Assembly (NCBI GenBank): GCA_963732445.1
Contig: CAVSZJ010000003.1
Location: forward strand, 1,143,639-1,207,638
Source: Vicinamibacterales bacterium
GTDB taxonomy: Bacteria; Acidobacteriota; Vicinamibacteria; Vicinamibacterales; JAMQPK01
DNA: 64,000 nucleotides
Direction of reading: 5' to 3'
Shown here one piece after another: positions 1 to 9,716 of the stretch; positions within the stretch are counted from its first letter, which is position 1; each line of letters starts with the position of its first letter. Below the pieces are notes generated by a model. It ran no database searches and was not told the DNA's origin. It saw nothing but the letters and a program-made list of their open reading frames with translations. The position numbers were made by a program, and so were the translations under genes.

Positions 1-16
1 GTCATCAGGAGAATCG

Positions 17-199
17 ATGGCAGAACCCAAGGATCCGCACCGCGAACGCATCGAAGAGCTCGGCCGCATGAATACGATCTACTCCGAGCGGCCATGGCAC
101 GACTGGAAGCCCGGCACGCCGCCCAAGCACGATCACTACACTCACGAGAATCCGCCTGCGGTGGACGACGAGCACCCGGATAAGCCGGATCGAGACTAG
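17..199 (+). CDS. hypothetical small protein (60 aa, His/Pro/acidic-rich)
   Basis: AGGAG at 7-11 lies 5 nt upstream of the ATG. A strong hairpin follows the stop. No family recognised. Confidence 0.3.
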   Translation: MAEPKDPHRERIEELGRMNTIYSERPWHDWKPGTPPKHDHYTHENPPAVDDEHPDKPDRD

Positions 200-221
200 T
201 GGCCCGAAGACGGGCCACTAG
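196..221. terminator. hairpin between convergent genes (11-bp stem CTAGTGGCCCG/CGGGCCACTAG, 4-nt loop), no U-tract
   Basis: Perfect inverted repeat read directly. It sits between the stop of 17..199 (+) and the stop of 222..920 (-). Confidence 0.4.
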
Positions 222-920
222 CTAGAGGACGCCGACCAGATATTTCTCGCCAGTCGGAGCCGGCACCCCGCCCGCCGGCTCGATCGTGACGGCCATCGCC
301 ACGGGCTGAGGCAAATCCTGCGGTGTGCTGATCGTTTCGCTCACGTTGCCCGCGGCGTTCGGGGTGAGCAGCCCCGCGCTGATCGGCGCCTTCGCCGTGA
401 CAACCCACAATTGATAGGTGCGTCCCGCGGGCAGCGGCGGCAGGTTCGCAGCTGTGAACACCATCCCGCGCGATCGGCTCCAGAATGCTCGAGCGGATGC
501 CTTCGGAGCGACAGTCTGGCCAGCGAGATCGATTCGTGCGACGTCGGGCGCCGTCAGCACCGCTACCGACGTCTGCGCAACAGCCGCCGCTCTCTGCGCG
601 TCAGCCATCTGCCGCCCTGTCGCGTCGGCACGATCGCGTGTCTCGCGGAGTTCTCCTTCGAGCGCTGTGATACGTGAGCGTAGTTGCAACGTGTAGATGG
701 TGAGGCCGGCCGCAAGCGCGAGGGAGGCCGCTGTGGCCAGCCACGGCCTGTAGGAGCGTGACGTCCCAGGACGCGCCATCGGCGCGCGCGCCGACGTCCC
801 GCTCAACACGCGCGCGCGAAGCTCCGCCGGAGGATCCACTTGTGGCACGGCCTGCCCAAGCCCTTGAAGGATCGGAGGCTCCAGCTCCGGACGATCGTGG
901 TCTTCAGTCGAATCTGTCAT
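222..920 (-). CDS. anti-sigma factor, RskA (anti-sigma-K)-like
   Basis: Single TM segment (WLATAASLALAAGLTIYTL). The C-terminal extracytoplasmic domain has the RTYQLWVV...VTIEPAGG pattern typical of RskA. The start overlaps the stop of the upstream sigma gene by 4 nt. Confidence 0.75.
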   Translation of the reverse strand: MTDSTEDHDRPELEPPILQGLGQAVPQVDPPAELRARVLSGTSARAPMARPGTSRSYRPWLATAASLALAAGLTIYTLQLRSRITALEGELRETRDRADATGRQMADAQRAAAVAQTSVAVLTAPDVARIDLAGQTVAPKASARAFWSRSRGMVFTAANLPPLPAGRTYQLWVVTAKAPISAGLLTPNAAGNVSETISTPQDLPQPVAMAVTIEPAGGVPAPTGEKYLVGVL

Positions 921-1513
921 GTCTTCAACAGAGATTCGCGAAGCTTGATGACGGCCTGGCGAATCCTCGTTTTCACCGTGCCGAGCGGCTCCGACAGCCG
1001 AGCGGCGATTTCCGGGTGGCTCAATCCTTCGTAATAGGCAAGCTCGAGCGCCGTGCGCTGCGCTGCAGGCAGCTCGTTCAACGCCTCACGCAACCGGTCG
1101 ACCTCTTCGCTCGAAAGCAACTGCAGATCCTGTGACGGAGCAGCATCCGCCACTTTCTCCGCCGAATGCGTGTCTCCGCCGCTCTCCGGTCGCGCGCGTT
1201 TCGCCCGCAGGCGATCGATCGCGCGGCTGCGCGTCATCGTCAGCATCCAGCCGGCGACCGCGCCTCGCTCGGGCTCGTAGCGGTTCGCCTGGGCCCAAAC
1301 CTGCGCGAACACCTCCTGGACGATGTCTTCGGCGTCGGCGCCGTTCTGCAGGATGCGCTGCGCCAGCGAAAACACGAGCCGCGCGCGGCGATCATACAGC
1401 TCCGCCATCGCGCTCTCGTCACCGCTCGCCATCCGAGCAAGCGCTGCGCGATCGGCAAGACGTTCTTCCTCTGAAGCGGCCGATCGTCCGAGAAGCGCAA
1501 GCATGACCCACAT
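917..1513 (-). CDS. ECF-type RNA polymerase sigma-70 factor
   Basis: Region 2 (DAEDIVQEVFAQVWAQANRYEPERG, AGWMLTMTRSRAIDRLR) and region 4 HTH (LELAYYEGLSHPEIAARLSEPLGTVKTRIRQA). The exact start is uncertain. Confidence 0.85.
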   Translation of the reverse strand: MWVMLALLGRSAASEEERLADRAALARMASGDESAMAELYDRRARLVFSLAQRILQNGADAEDIVQEVFAQVWAQANRYEPERGAVAGWMLTMTRSRAIDRLRAKRARPESGGDTHSAEKVADAAPSQDLQLLSSEEVDRLREALNELPAAQRTALELAYYEGLSHPEIAARLSEPLGTVKTRIRQAVIKLRESLLKT

Positions 1514-1610
1514 ATGTAGCTACGGCTGAGAGCGCATGAAGGATGGGTTGGGGAGCTTAGCAGCTTGCCCAATCCATTCCCAGATCCGGGCCGTAGAGGT
1601 GGTGTCTACC

Positions 1611-2030
1611 CTACCGCAAGGCCGGAGCCCGCCACGCGAGCACCGCGAGTGCGAGCGCGGCCGCCAGCAGCACACCGTCGCGCGCGAGCGTTTTCGCAGA
1701 CAGCGGTTCTCCCACCCCAAAGCATCCGCAGTCGATTCCCGCTCCGCGGAAGTACGACACGACCATCACCGAAAAAAACAAGGCGAGAATGCCGGCTGCG
1801 ACGATCGACAGGTAACGCAGCCATACCCCGCCGATGAGGAGGATGCCGAGCGCCAGCTCGAACACAGGCAACGTTCTGGCGACCGCGAACACCGCCCATT
1901 CGGGCAGGAGTTGATAGGAGTCTATGGATAGTGCGAAGAGCAGCCACGACTGGCGCAGCTTCGTGTATGCGGCGTAGATGAACACCGCGCCCAGCAGCAG
2001 ACGCAGCGCCAGCGCGTCGCGTCGAATCAC
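1611..2030 (-). CDS. MauE/DoxX-family membrane protein
   Basis: Four predicted TM helices, FIYAAYTKL motif and C-terminal GIDCGCFG as in MauE/DoxX redox-associated membrane proteins. Overlaps the DsbA-like gene by 4 nt. Confidence 0.7.
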   Translation of the reverse strand: MIRRDALALRLLLGAVFIYAAYTKLRQSWLLFALSIDSYQLLPEWAVFAVARTLPVFELALGILLIGGVWLRYLSIVAAGILALFFSVMVVSYFRGAGIDCGCFGVGEPLSAKTLARDGVLLAAALALAVLAWRAPALR

Positions 2031-2620
2031 GGGCCGACGATCGTGTTCAGGTACTTGCTGAACACGGTGTAGCTCACCGCACCCACAACAGGATTGGGCT
2101 TCCCATCGTGCGTCACGATCATCGTCGGCGTCGAGCCGACCTTCATGCGCTGGCCCAGCTGGATGTCGCGCTCGATGCCGGCGAGTATCGCCGGATCTTT
2201 CGCAAGCTCGCGCAGCTTCTTCTGTTCCTCAGGCGTCAGCACACTGTCGACGACGGCGTCGACGTTGCCGGAGTGGCTCCAGGATTCCTGCTGCCGGAAG
2301 AGCGCATCGGCCACCGCATCGAACTTGCCGAGCCCGTCGGCTGCGGCGGCAAGGATGGCGGCGCGCCTCGCATGTTTGTGCTGCGGCAATGGGAAATCAT
2401 GATGCACGAGTCGTATCTTTCCCTTCATCGCGAACTCTTCCTTGACGCGCTTCACGGTCTGCTCGTGCAGGACTTTGCACGAGGGACATTCGAAGTCGCT
2501 GAACAGGTCGATTCTGACGGCGGCGGTGACGGGACCGACGGCTCGCGTCGTTTTCGTCTGCGCGGACGGCGCGCCCATGACGAAGGTGGCCAGCATCAGG
2601 GTAGCGGCAAAAAGCTTCAT
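2027..2620 (-). CDS. DsbA-family thiol:disulfide oxidoreductase (secreted)
   Basis: Signal peptide MKLFAATLMLATFVMGAPSAQT. Thioredoxin-fold active site FECPSCK. Confidence 0.8.
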   Translation of the reverse strand: MKLFAATLMLATFVMGAPSAQTKTTRAVGPVTAAVRIDLFSDFECPSCKVLHEQTVKRVKEEFAMKGKIRLVHHDFPLPQHKHARRAAILAAAADGLGKFDAVADALFRQQESWSHSGNVDAVVDSVLTPEEQKKLRELAKDPAILAGIERDIQLGQRMKVGSTPTMIVTHDGKPNPVVGAVSYTVFSKYLNTIVGP

Positions 2621-2644
2621 GAATCATAGTAACCTGCCGCTGTC

Positions 2645-3112
2645 TTGGCTGTCTCTAGCGAGGAACTCATGCGGGCGGCACTGACGGAAGCGCGCAAGGC
2701 GCTGGCCATCGATGAGGTGCCGATCGGCGCGGTCGTCGTGCTGGGCGACGAAATCATCGCGACTGGATTCAACCAGCCGATTACCACGGTTGATCCCACG
2801 GCGCATGCCGAGATTCGCGCCCTTCGCGCGGCCGCGCAGAAGATCGGTAACTACCGCCTCACGGACGCGACGCTCTGCGTGACCGTCGAACCGTGCGCGA
2901 TGTGCGTCGGTGCGATGGTGCACGCGCGCATCGGCACGCTCATCTACGGCGCGTCCGAGCCAAAAACCGGCGCAGTCAGCTCGACGCTGAACCTGATTGA
3001 TGATCCGAGCTGGAACCATCGGATTGTGGTGGTGGCGGGGGTGATGGCGGACGAGTGCAAGGCACTGCTGCAGGAGTTCTTCAAGGAAAAACGTAAAAGG
3101 AAAAACGAATGA
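2645..3112 (+). CDS. tadA: tRNA adenosine(34) deaminase
   Basis: CDA zinc motifs HAEIRAL and PCAMCVGA. Size of 155 aa and overall TadA-like sequence. Confidence 0.9.
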   Translation: MAVSSEELMRAALTEARKALAIDEVPIGAVVVLGDEIIATGFNQPITTVDPTAHAEIRALRAAAQKIGNYRLTDATLCVTVEPCAMCVGAMVHARIGTLIYGASEPKTGAVSSTLNLIDDPSWNHRIVVVAGVMADECKALLQEFFKEKRKRKNE

Positions 3113-4150
3113 TGTCACGCGTCATGCTCGCCGCTGCGCTGGTGGCCGCATCATGCGTGAATGCTTCAGCGCAGACACCCGATGCCGCGCGGATTCGAGC
3201 GGCCTTCCTCCAGATGATCGCGCGGCCGCGTGTGCCGCTCGCGCCGGAGACGCACCCGCGGAGCGACGCGGGAGCCTATCGAGCCGAGCATTTCTCATTT
3301 GCGTCCGAAGCGGGCGAGCGTGTGCCTGGTGTGTTGCTCAAGGCTGCAGCCGCGACGGACCGGCGTCCGGTGGTCATCTTCCTGCACGGGACCGGAAGCC
3401 GGAAAGAGGAATTTCTGGCGCTCATGCGAACGTTCGCCGATCGAGGGCTTGCGACCGCTGCGATCGATGCCCGGCATCACGGTGCGCGCATCTCGGCAAA
3501 GTACGGACAGGACAATGCGCAGTATTACGCGGCGATGCTCGAGACGTATCGCACCGGCAAGGGCCGTCCGTATTTGTATGACACCGTGTGGGACGTGATG
3601 CGGCTCGTCGATTATCTCGAGACCCGCGCTGATGTCGACCCGAAGCGCATTGGGGTGATGGGCATCTCGAAGGGTGGCACCGAAGCGTACCTCGCAGCGG
3701 CGGTCGATCCGCGAATCGCGGCTGCGGTGCCGATCATCGGGGTGCAGGGATTCCGGTGGGCGCTCGACAACGACCAGTGGCAGGCGCGGGTGGGCACATT
3801 CGCACCAGCGATTGAAAGCGCAGCGCGCGACGAGCGTGTGCCGGTTGATGCCGCGTTCGTGCGCCGCTTCTACGATCGGGTCGCGCCAAGGCATTTACGG
3901 TGATTACGACGCGGGGTCGATGCTCGCGATCACGGCGCCGCGGCCCGTGCTCGTCATCAACGGCGACTCGGACGCGCGCACGCCGCTGGCGGGGGTGCAG
4001 GAGGCGGTCGAGGTGGCGCGCGCCGCCTATTTAAAGATGAAAGCCGAGGAGAAGCTCGGACTCTATCTCCAGCCGAATGCCGGTCACGTTGTCACCCGTG
4101 TCGCCGAGCTCGTGATGGCCGACTGGTTCGTGAAATGGCTCGAGCCCTGA
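3109..4150 (+). pseudogene. alpha/beta hydrolase (dienelactone hydrolase / S9-like), split by one frame change near 3885
   Basis: Signal peptide. The nucleophile elbow GISKGG is in ORF 3109..3903. The Asp (NGDSDARTP) and His (NAGHVV) of the triad are in ORF 3674..4150. The junction reads FYDRVAP | GIYGDYD. Confidence 0.7.
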
Positions 4151-4166
4151 ATCAAGGCTTGTCAAC

Positions 4167-4192
4167 GGTAGCGCAGGGCTTCAGCCCTGCTA
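4167..4192. repeat. REP-like palindromic element copy (GGTAGCGCAGGGCTTCAGCCCTGCTA)
   Basis: 7-bp stem/4-nt loop hairpin just after the hydrolase stop. About 22 of 26 nt are identical to the three copies at 63606-63718. Confidence 0.6.
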
Positions 4193-4238
4193 TTCCCGCG
4201 GCAGCATTCTTGCTCAAATTTACGGCAAAGGAGCAAAA

Positions 4239-4706
4239 ATGCATCTCAAAACCATCCTCGCTCTCGCTGTGTTGTCTGTATCCACTACGGCGATGGCGCA
4301 GCAGTCTGGTACCAAGACAATGTCGAAAGACGACGATCGCAAACCCGCGACGGTGGTCGGCTGCTTGCAGGCCGGCGCGCAGCCGAATCAATTCGTCCTT
4401 GCTGCGACGGCCGATCCGATTTCAAAGGGGGTCGCGGTTGCCACAACCGGAGCGGTGCCCAATGTGACGTACGTGCTCAGCGGCGGCTCCAATCTCGGCG
4501 CACATGTCGGCCATCGCGTGGAGATAACCGGACGGACGTCGGGCAATGCACAGAAGGCCGCGTCTGCCGATTCGAGCGTCACGCGGGAACGCATCCCGGA
4601 CAAGCCGGATCCGAAAGTGGAAACAAAAGAAAAAATCGCCATCGAGATGCGGGATCTTCAGATTGAGTCGCTGAAGATGGTGTCGACGAGCTGCGCGGCG
4701 AAGTAA
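4239..4706 (+). CDS. hypothetical secreted protein
   Basis: Signal peptide MHLKTILALAVLSVSTTAMAQQ. No family recognised. Confidence 0.5.
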   Translation: MHLKTILALAVLSVSTTAMAQQSGTKTMSKDDDRKPATVVGCLQAGAQPNQFVLAATADPISKGVAVATTGAVPNVTYVLSGGSNLGAHVGHRVEITGRTSGNAQKAASADSSVTRERIPDKPDPKVETKEKIAIEMRDLQIESLKMVSTSCAAK

Positions 4707-4719
4707 GCGCCGGTGGTGC

Positions 4720-5274
4720 TTACTTTGGTGGAATCCTGCGGACCGTGAGCTGCACAGGCGCTGTCTCGAACTCGTCGACGACGACACCATCGTCTGGCGC
4801 CGGCTTCACGCGAGCGGCGCCCGTCAGCGTCCCGGTCCCTGCCCCTTGCGCGTCGAGGATCAGCTCCACCATCGTCAGCTCGTAACCGGCTCGAGGCTTT
4901 GTCAGGTCCCCAAGAAAGAACAGCGGGCGATCCGCGACCAGCACCAGCCGGCTGCCTTTCCCGCGAGGCTCTTCGCGCGCATAGCGGATCTCCACCCGGC
5001 GTCCTTCCAATTCGATCGCGCCGATTTCTGGAAGCGCGCGGAGCGCCGACAGGAATTTCGGGTAGCCCCCGAACTTGAGCGCGTCGGTCACGCGCGTGCG
5101 AAATGTCTCGTTCATGAGACGGTCGACATGAATCGTGAACGTCGTTGTGACGGTCGTGGCGCCCTTGCTGACAGTGGCACTGGCAGCCATCGTGAGCGGG
5201 AAGTCTGCGGCCTGCACCGCCGCGACGCACATCAGAAGATACACGGCGAGCGATGCAACGCGTGGTGATCTCAT
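4720..5274 (-). CDS. hypothetical secreted protein
   Basis: Signal peptide ...LLMCVAAVQA. No family recognised. Convergent with 4239..4706. Confidence 0.5.
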   Translation of the reverse strand: MRSPRVASLAVYLLMCVAAVQAADFPLTMAASATVSKGATTVTTTFTIHVDRLMNETFRTRVTDALKFGGYPKFLSALRALPEIGAIELEGRRVEIRYAREEPRGKGSRLVLVADRPLFFLGDLTKPRAGYELTMVELILDAQGAGTGTLTGAARVKPAPDDGVVVDEFETAPVQLTVRRIPPK

Positions 5275-5406
5275 TACGGTTCCCTACTTTGCACGAGGTT
5301 GTTGGGCGCTTCCTAGAGGTCTCTGACTTTATCTCAGAACAGGCGGTCAGGCGAGTCGCATGTGAATCAGGTAAAATAGAAAGTTCTGCGCGGCCGTTTC
5401 CTCTGC

Positions 5407-5497
5407 GGAGAGGTACCGAAGTGGTCGTAACGGGGGCGCCTCGAAAGCGTCTTGTCCCGTAAGGGGCACGGGGGTTCGAATCCCTCCCTCTCCGCCA
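5407..5497 (+). tRNA. tRNA-Ser (anticodon CGA), CCA encoded
   Basis: Acceptor stem GGAGAGG/CCTCTCC, anticodon loop CTCGAAA, long variable arm (GTCCCGTAAGGGGC), T-arm GGGGGTTCGAATCCCTC, discriminator G followed by CCA. Confidence 0.95.
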
Positions 5498-5510
5498 ATT
5501 CACACACCCA

Positions 5511-5620
5511 GGGTTCCAGTTCCAGTCCGATTCCCGGTTCCGCTGGGCTCCTTCGCGAATCCGAACCGGGAACTAATGTGGAACCGGAACCAGGAACTGG
5601 GAACTGGGAACTGGAATTCC
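5511..5620. repeat. GGAACY/GGTTCC hexamer arrays in inverted arrangement
   Basis: The left arm is GGTTCC-type (5512-5542) and the right arm GGAACC/GGAACT-type (5561-5620). A 10-bp perfect pairing joins TTCCCGGTTC (5531-5540) to GAACCGGGAA (5563-5572). Confidence 0.8.
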
Positions 5621-5694
5621 ATGCCCATATCTCATTCAAATCTCATGGCCTGCTCATGATTCGCTGAGGACTTCGCGAGTGCCTTTCGGTCACA

Positions 5695-6741
5695 GTGGTG
5701 AATATGACATCCACTGTGAACAACGTTAGGGCCGCCGCTCTCATCGCCCTCGCTCTGGCAATCGGACCCATGGGCATCTACGTGGCGGATGCGGACGACG
5801 CGCCCGGCGCCGCCGCCATCGGGCTGCTGCTGATGATTGGCGCCGTCATTCTCGGCGTGAAGGCCGCGCGAAACCGGCTGCCGGCCTGGGCCGCGCGAAC
5901 CGCGCTGACCGTCGGCGTCCTCATTGCGGCCGTCGCGGCATTTCTGACTCATGACCTCGCCGTGAGGTCGCCTCTTTTCGCGCAGCCGCAGGACGTGCCC
6001 TCCGTCATCAATTCGGCGCCGTCGCCGCAATATGCGGCGGCCGTCGAGCGCGCACGGTCGCTCGTGCGCGCGGCCGTCCTTGAGCAGAACCTGCCGGGGG
6101 TCTCGGTGGCGGTTGGCGCGGGCCTGCCCTCCGGAGCCTTGGCGAAGGAGGGCGGCACCATCGTCTGGGCCGAAGGATTCGGCTGGAGGGACGTTGAAAC
6201 GGGGACGCCGGTGACACCGAATACCCGATTCAACATCGGCACGGCAGCGTCGGCGGTCACTGCCGCCGCTGTTGCGCCGCTTGGGCTGACTAACACCGGC
6301 GCTGACTCGGCGGCGGAGTGGAGTCCGGAGCACATCGGCGAGCCGGAAGAGGACTTCCCGCTCTTCACAATCATGCGCCACGTCATCTTTCAACCGATCG
6401 GCCTGGCCCCCGCCGAGTATCCATTAGGTGGCGATCGCGCGACGTTCTACGTCCCGCGAGCTGATGACAATCCACGGCGTGGCAGGCGGCTGATGCGCAT
6501 GCGTGATCTGGCGTGCTGCGCGGGGACAATGGCGTCCTATTCCACGCCGTCTGATCTGGTGCGCGTCGGCCTGGCAAACGGCGGCAGCATCAACGGCGAG
6601 CTGGCTGGCGGGATGGTGATGTCGCTGATGACGCTCGGCGACAGCGGTATCGTCGTCGCCGTGCTGTCCAACATCGCGCACGCGAACACGTCTGCGCTCG
6701 GCCTGAAGATCGGAGACGTATTCGCGAAACCGGCGCGATAA
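5695..6741 (+). CDS. beta-lactamase-related serine hydrolase-like protein with N-terminal TM segments
   Basis: Overall resemblance to the class C beta-lactamase/esterase fold (LPGVSVAV...WAEGFGWRDVETGTPVTPNTRFNIGT). The expected SxxK is not obvious (IGTAAS). Confidence 0.45.
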   Translation: MVNMTSTVNNVRAAALIALALAIGPMGIYVADADDAPGAAAIGLLLMIGAVILGVKAARNRLPAWAARTALTVGVLIAAVAAFLTHDLAVRSPLFAQPQDVPSVINSAPSPQYAAAVERARSLVRAAVLEQNLPGVSVAVGAGLPSGALAKEGGTIVWAEGFGWRDVETGTPVTPNTRFNIGTAASAVTAAAVAPLGLTNTGADSAAEWSPEHIGEPEEDFPLFTIMRHVIFQPIGLAPAEYPLGGDRATFYVPRADDNPRRGRRLMRMRDLACCAGTMASYSTPSDLVRVGLANGGSINGELAGGMVMSLMTLGDSGIVVAVLSNIAHANTSALGLKIGDVFAKPAR

Positions 6742-6754
6742 GGCATCCCGTCAA

Positions 6755-8254
6755 TTATTTTCGCGCCGCGTGCACATTAATCGGGACGCTCACGGTCGCG
6801 GAACCGTTCGCCTCGAACCAGCCAACGCCTTCGCTGACCAGGTCGAATTCAAGCGTGTATTCGCCCGGTGGCGGCGGATTCAAGATGAAGTCGATCCCCT
6901 GCGAACTACCTGGAGGCGTCTCGACTGAGAGATGGATGCGCGCGTAGTCGACCTCCAGCGGCTTGCCGTCACTCGTTCTGAGGTGAACTCCCAGATTCAC
7001 GCCCCCGACCCTCGTTGCACTCGGGAGCCACGTCGCCTGGCCGACGTTCGTCAGCGTCGCGTGACCACGAAGCGGCTCGTTGGAAGCGACAACCTGTTGT
7101 TCCAGCCGGATTGCAATCTTCGCCTTGAGCTGGACTCGCGCCCTGCTGTCCGACCCGGAAGCGGAACCCTTATTGAGGAAGAATGTCTGATGCCCCATCA
7201 GATAGCCGCGCAGCTTGTCTCCGTAGGCCTCGAGTTCCGCACCTCCGGCAATCAGATCATCGAACTGCTGGAGCGATACGAGATAGGGCTCGGTGCTGAA
7301 GACAGCCAGTTCGAGGCTGGTGAAGCCTGCGACCTTCGCCCAATCCCACACCTCCGTGAGAACCAGGTCGTTTTCGACGACCGCAAAGTTCTTCATTTCA
7401 TACTGCGAATGCGCCGCTTTCGATTGATTCGGTCCAGGCTCCGAAAAGCCCGCAATGCCACCGGGCCGGAGTACTCGTCCGAGCTCGGACAGCACGTCCG
7501 CGGGATTCGGTACATGATGCAGAGCGTCGACGCAAATAACGCGATCGATGCTTTCGGATGGCAGATCGATCCGCCGGCCGTCGAAGAGCAGGAATCGCGG
7601 CTCCGCCAGGGGTGCCACCACTGGCACACGGTTGAACAGTTCCTGGCCAAGCGCGAGCGCCGTCGGTGACACGTCCATCGACGTGACTGCGCATCCGAGC
7701 TGCGTCAGAAACCGCGTGGTCCAGCCCGCGCCCGCGCCGAAATCGAGCACCTGCATCCCTGCAACGAGGCGCATGCCGCTGAGCAGATGGGCAAACGATC
7801 CCAGCAGATCCGGAGCGTCGTGAATGTCGGCGAGCGGCTTTGCGTGGTAGCGATCGGCCAGGTCTCTCGTCCGCCGGTAGTACTCCTCCGCGGCACCCAG
7901 CAAATCCTCGAGCGTGTGGTTCTTGATCAAGTCGCGAACGTCAACGAAGCCGTCCGGCCGCTCGGCCGGCGGATCGTAGAAGCGCCGCGTGGTGCGCCGC
8001 CGCAGCCGGTCGTGGAATTCGTCGGACGCGGCCAGCTCCACCGCCACATCGCGAAGCGTCAAGCCGTCGTGATGAATGAGGTCCAGGTAATGGCGCCGTC
8101 CTCGTTCGTCGATGGCTCGTGCGAGCAGCAGGCGGTAAAGAATGTCGAGACCCGCATCACGATCTGAGCCCGTCAGCAGATCCGGCCGCCGAAGCCGGGG
8201 AAATACGACGCGTCTCAAGCGGCGAAGTTGCCGATTCAGGAAATCCCGGGTCAC
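6755..8254 (-). CDS. class I SAM-dependent methyltransferase with N-terminal DUF4214-like and C-terminal Ig-like region
   Basis: Motif I VLDFGAGAGWTT, post-I SMDVS and RVLRPGGIAGFSEPG. The N-terminal ILYRLLLARAIDERGRRHYLDLI resembles DUF4214. Confidence 0.7.
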   Translation of the reverse strand: MTRDFLNRQLRRLRRVVFPRLRRPDLLTGSDRDAGLDILYRLLLARAIDERGRRHYLDLIHHDGLTLRDVAVELAASDEFHDRLRRRTTRRFYDPPAERPDGFVDVRDLIKNHTLEDLLGAAEEYYRRTRDLADRYHAKPLADIHDAPDLLGSFAHLLSGMRLVAGMQVLDFGAGAGWTTRFLTQLGCAVTSMDVSPTALALGQELFNRVPVVAPLAEPRFLLFDGRRIDLPSESIDRVICVDALHHVPNPADVLSELGRVLRPGGIAGFSEPGPNQSKAAHSQYEMKNFAVVENDLVLTEVWDWAKVAGFTSLELAVFSTEPYLVSLQQFDDLIAGGAELEAYGDKLRGYLMGHQTFFLNKGSASGSDSRARVQLKAKIAIRLEQQVVASNEPLRGHATLTNVGQATWLPSATRVGGVNLGVHLRTSDGKPLEVDYARIHLSVETPPGSSQGIDFILNPPPPGEYTLEFDLVSEGVGWFEANGSATVSVPINVHAARK

Positions 8255-9684
8255 CGCGTCACTTCGAAAGCGAAGCGCAACGCCGGAATGCGGTTCCCAG
8301 GATGATCGTCGGCATAGGTGAGTTGCGGCAATCGATACAGCTGCTGGCCACCTTCAGGTCCCTGGTAGATGCCCGGATAGAAATCGATCAGGTGCACCCC
8401 GGGCGAGCCGGCCGCCGTGAAATTCACGACAACGTCTCCCTGACTGTTGAACCCGCACGCATATCCCATGTACGCGTTGTCGTAGGTCACCACGTAGATG
8501 TTGTCGTAGTCGGTCCACCCGACGCCTTTGAGGTGAATCTTGACCGGTGTTCCCACCGGACCCGATGCGGGTGAGATGCCGACGATGCTCGTTTCGATGA
8601 CGAAATGGGTACGCGCAAGCGTCTTGTCGCCGCTCCGAATCGAAATTGCGTGAAGGCCTCCGAGATCGTCGGGAACAGTCAGAGGGATGTCGATTCGCCC
8701 GTCTGCACCAGCGGTCAGCTTGGTCAGCTCGTTCTCCTGAGGAGCAAACCCTCCACCCGACACCCGGTTGCCGGCCTGCGTTTCCCACACGAGCGACAGC
8801 GGGGCGTTGGGAGGAAGACCGCTTCCCTTGAGTGACGCGCGTGTCAGCACCGGACCTTGGGTCGGGCTGATCCTCAGGCTTCCGCCACCGCCGGCGATCT
8901 CTGCCGTTGGCACCGGCTGCTTCTGATATGGCTCTGCGAATGCGGGCGCGGCGACGTTCCCTGGCGTGATGCGGAAGACGAAACCGGGTCTCGGCAAATA
9001 CGAGTTTGGCGCTTGCTCGTGATTCAAATAGCCTTGCCCCATGTACCCGGTGTAAAGCTTCACTTGATGCTCGCCGATGGCGCCGGCAGCGCGGAACCGG
9101 GCAATCGAGGAGCCACGCGTCTCGGTCGCAGAGACCCACCCGACGTTCTGGTTGTCCCAGTTCACCACCCAGGTGCTTTCCAGCGTCCGCCAGCCAAGTC
9201 CTTTGACTCGAATTTCAATCGGAGTGCCGACCGGACCTTCAGTCGGGTGCATCTCGAACGTCTGGCCCACCTCAATCCCACCCTGGGCAACGGGCACGCC
9301 ATTCTCCGATAAGAACACTTCGTGAACGCCGCCATAGTCTTCGGGAACCTTGAAGACCATCGAGGCGCGGCCGTCACGATCCACCTGCACCTGCGCCAGA
9401 GTTTTGGTTGTGTTCGCGAATCGCTTCCCACGAAAACGGTAATACTCCTCGATCACCCATCCGCCGCTGACGGTGCCCCAGACCAAATCCATCGTTCGAT
9501 TGGCCGGCAGCCCTTCAGCGCTCGCTTCGATCTCGGCGCCTGCGACAGGCTTCGTGTTGTTGGGATACGTGAGTGTGAGCTTCTTCAGTGTCGAGACGGG
9601 CTTCGGCGCGGTCTGGTCGTTGGCGGCTGGAGCAGAGGCAATTGGCTGCGGGACATCGCGCCCGCACGCGATCGCGTTCACCAA
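8251..9684 (-). CDS. secreted repeat protein with IPT/TIG-like Ig modules
   Basis: Repeated modules (GPVGTPIEIRVKGLGW / GPVGTPVKIHLKGVGW). The in-frame upstream codons encode a lipoprotein-like signal (FLITLLALVNAIAC) but no ATG/GTG/TTG start lies upstream of 9684. Confidence 0.5.
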   Translation of the reverse strand: MVNAIACGRDVPQPIASAPAANDQTAPKPVSTLKKLTLTYPNNTKPVAGAEIEASAEGLPANRTMDLVWGTVSGGWVIEEYYRFRGKRFANTTKTLAQVQVDRDGRASMVFKVPEDYGGVHEVFLSENGVPVAQGGIEVGQTFEMHPTEGPVGTPIEIRVKGLGWRTLESTWVVNWDNQNVGWVSATETRGSSIARFRAAGAIGEHQVKLYTGYMGQGYLNHEQAPNSYLPRPGFVFRITPGNVAAPAFAEPYQKQPVPTAEIAGGGGSLRISPTQGPVLTRASLKGSGLPPNAPLSLVWETQAGNRVSGGGFAPQENELTKLTAGADGRIDIPLTVPDDLGGLHAISIRSGDKTLARTHFVIETSIVGISPASGPVGTPVKIHLKGVGWTDYDNIYVVTYDNAYMGYACGFNSQGDVVVNFTAAGSPGVHLIDFYPGIYQGPEGGQQLYRLPQLTYADDHPGNRIPALRFAFEVTR

Positions 9685-9716
9685 TGCGAGCAGCGTGATG
9701 AGGAAACGCGTGACCT

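Noticed and set aside
5407-6741. Integrated mobile element at the tRNA-Ser 3' end
   Set aside because: There is no integrase, no direct repeat of the tRNA 3' end and no phage or plasmid genes downstream. Only the hexamer arrays and an ordinary hydrolase-like gene are present.
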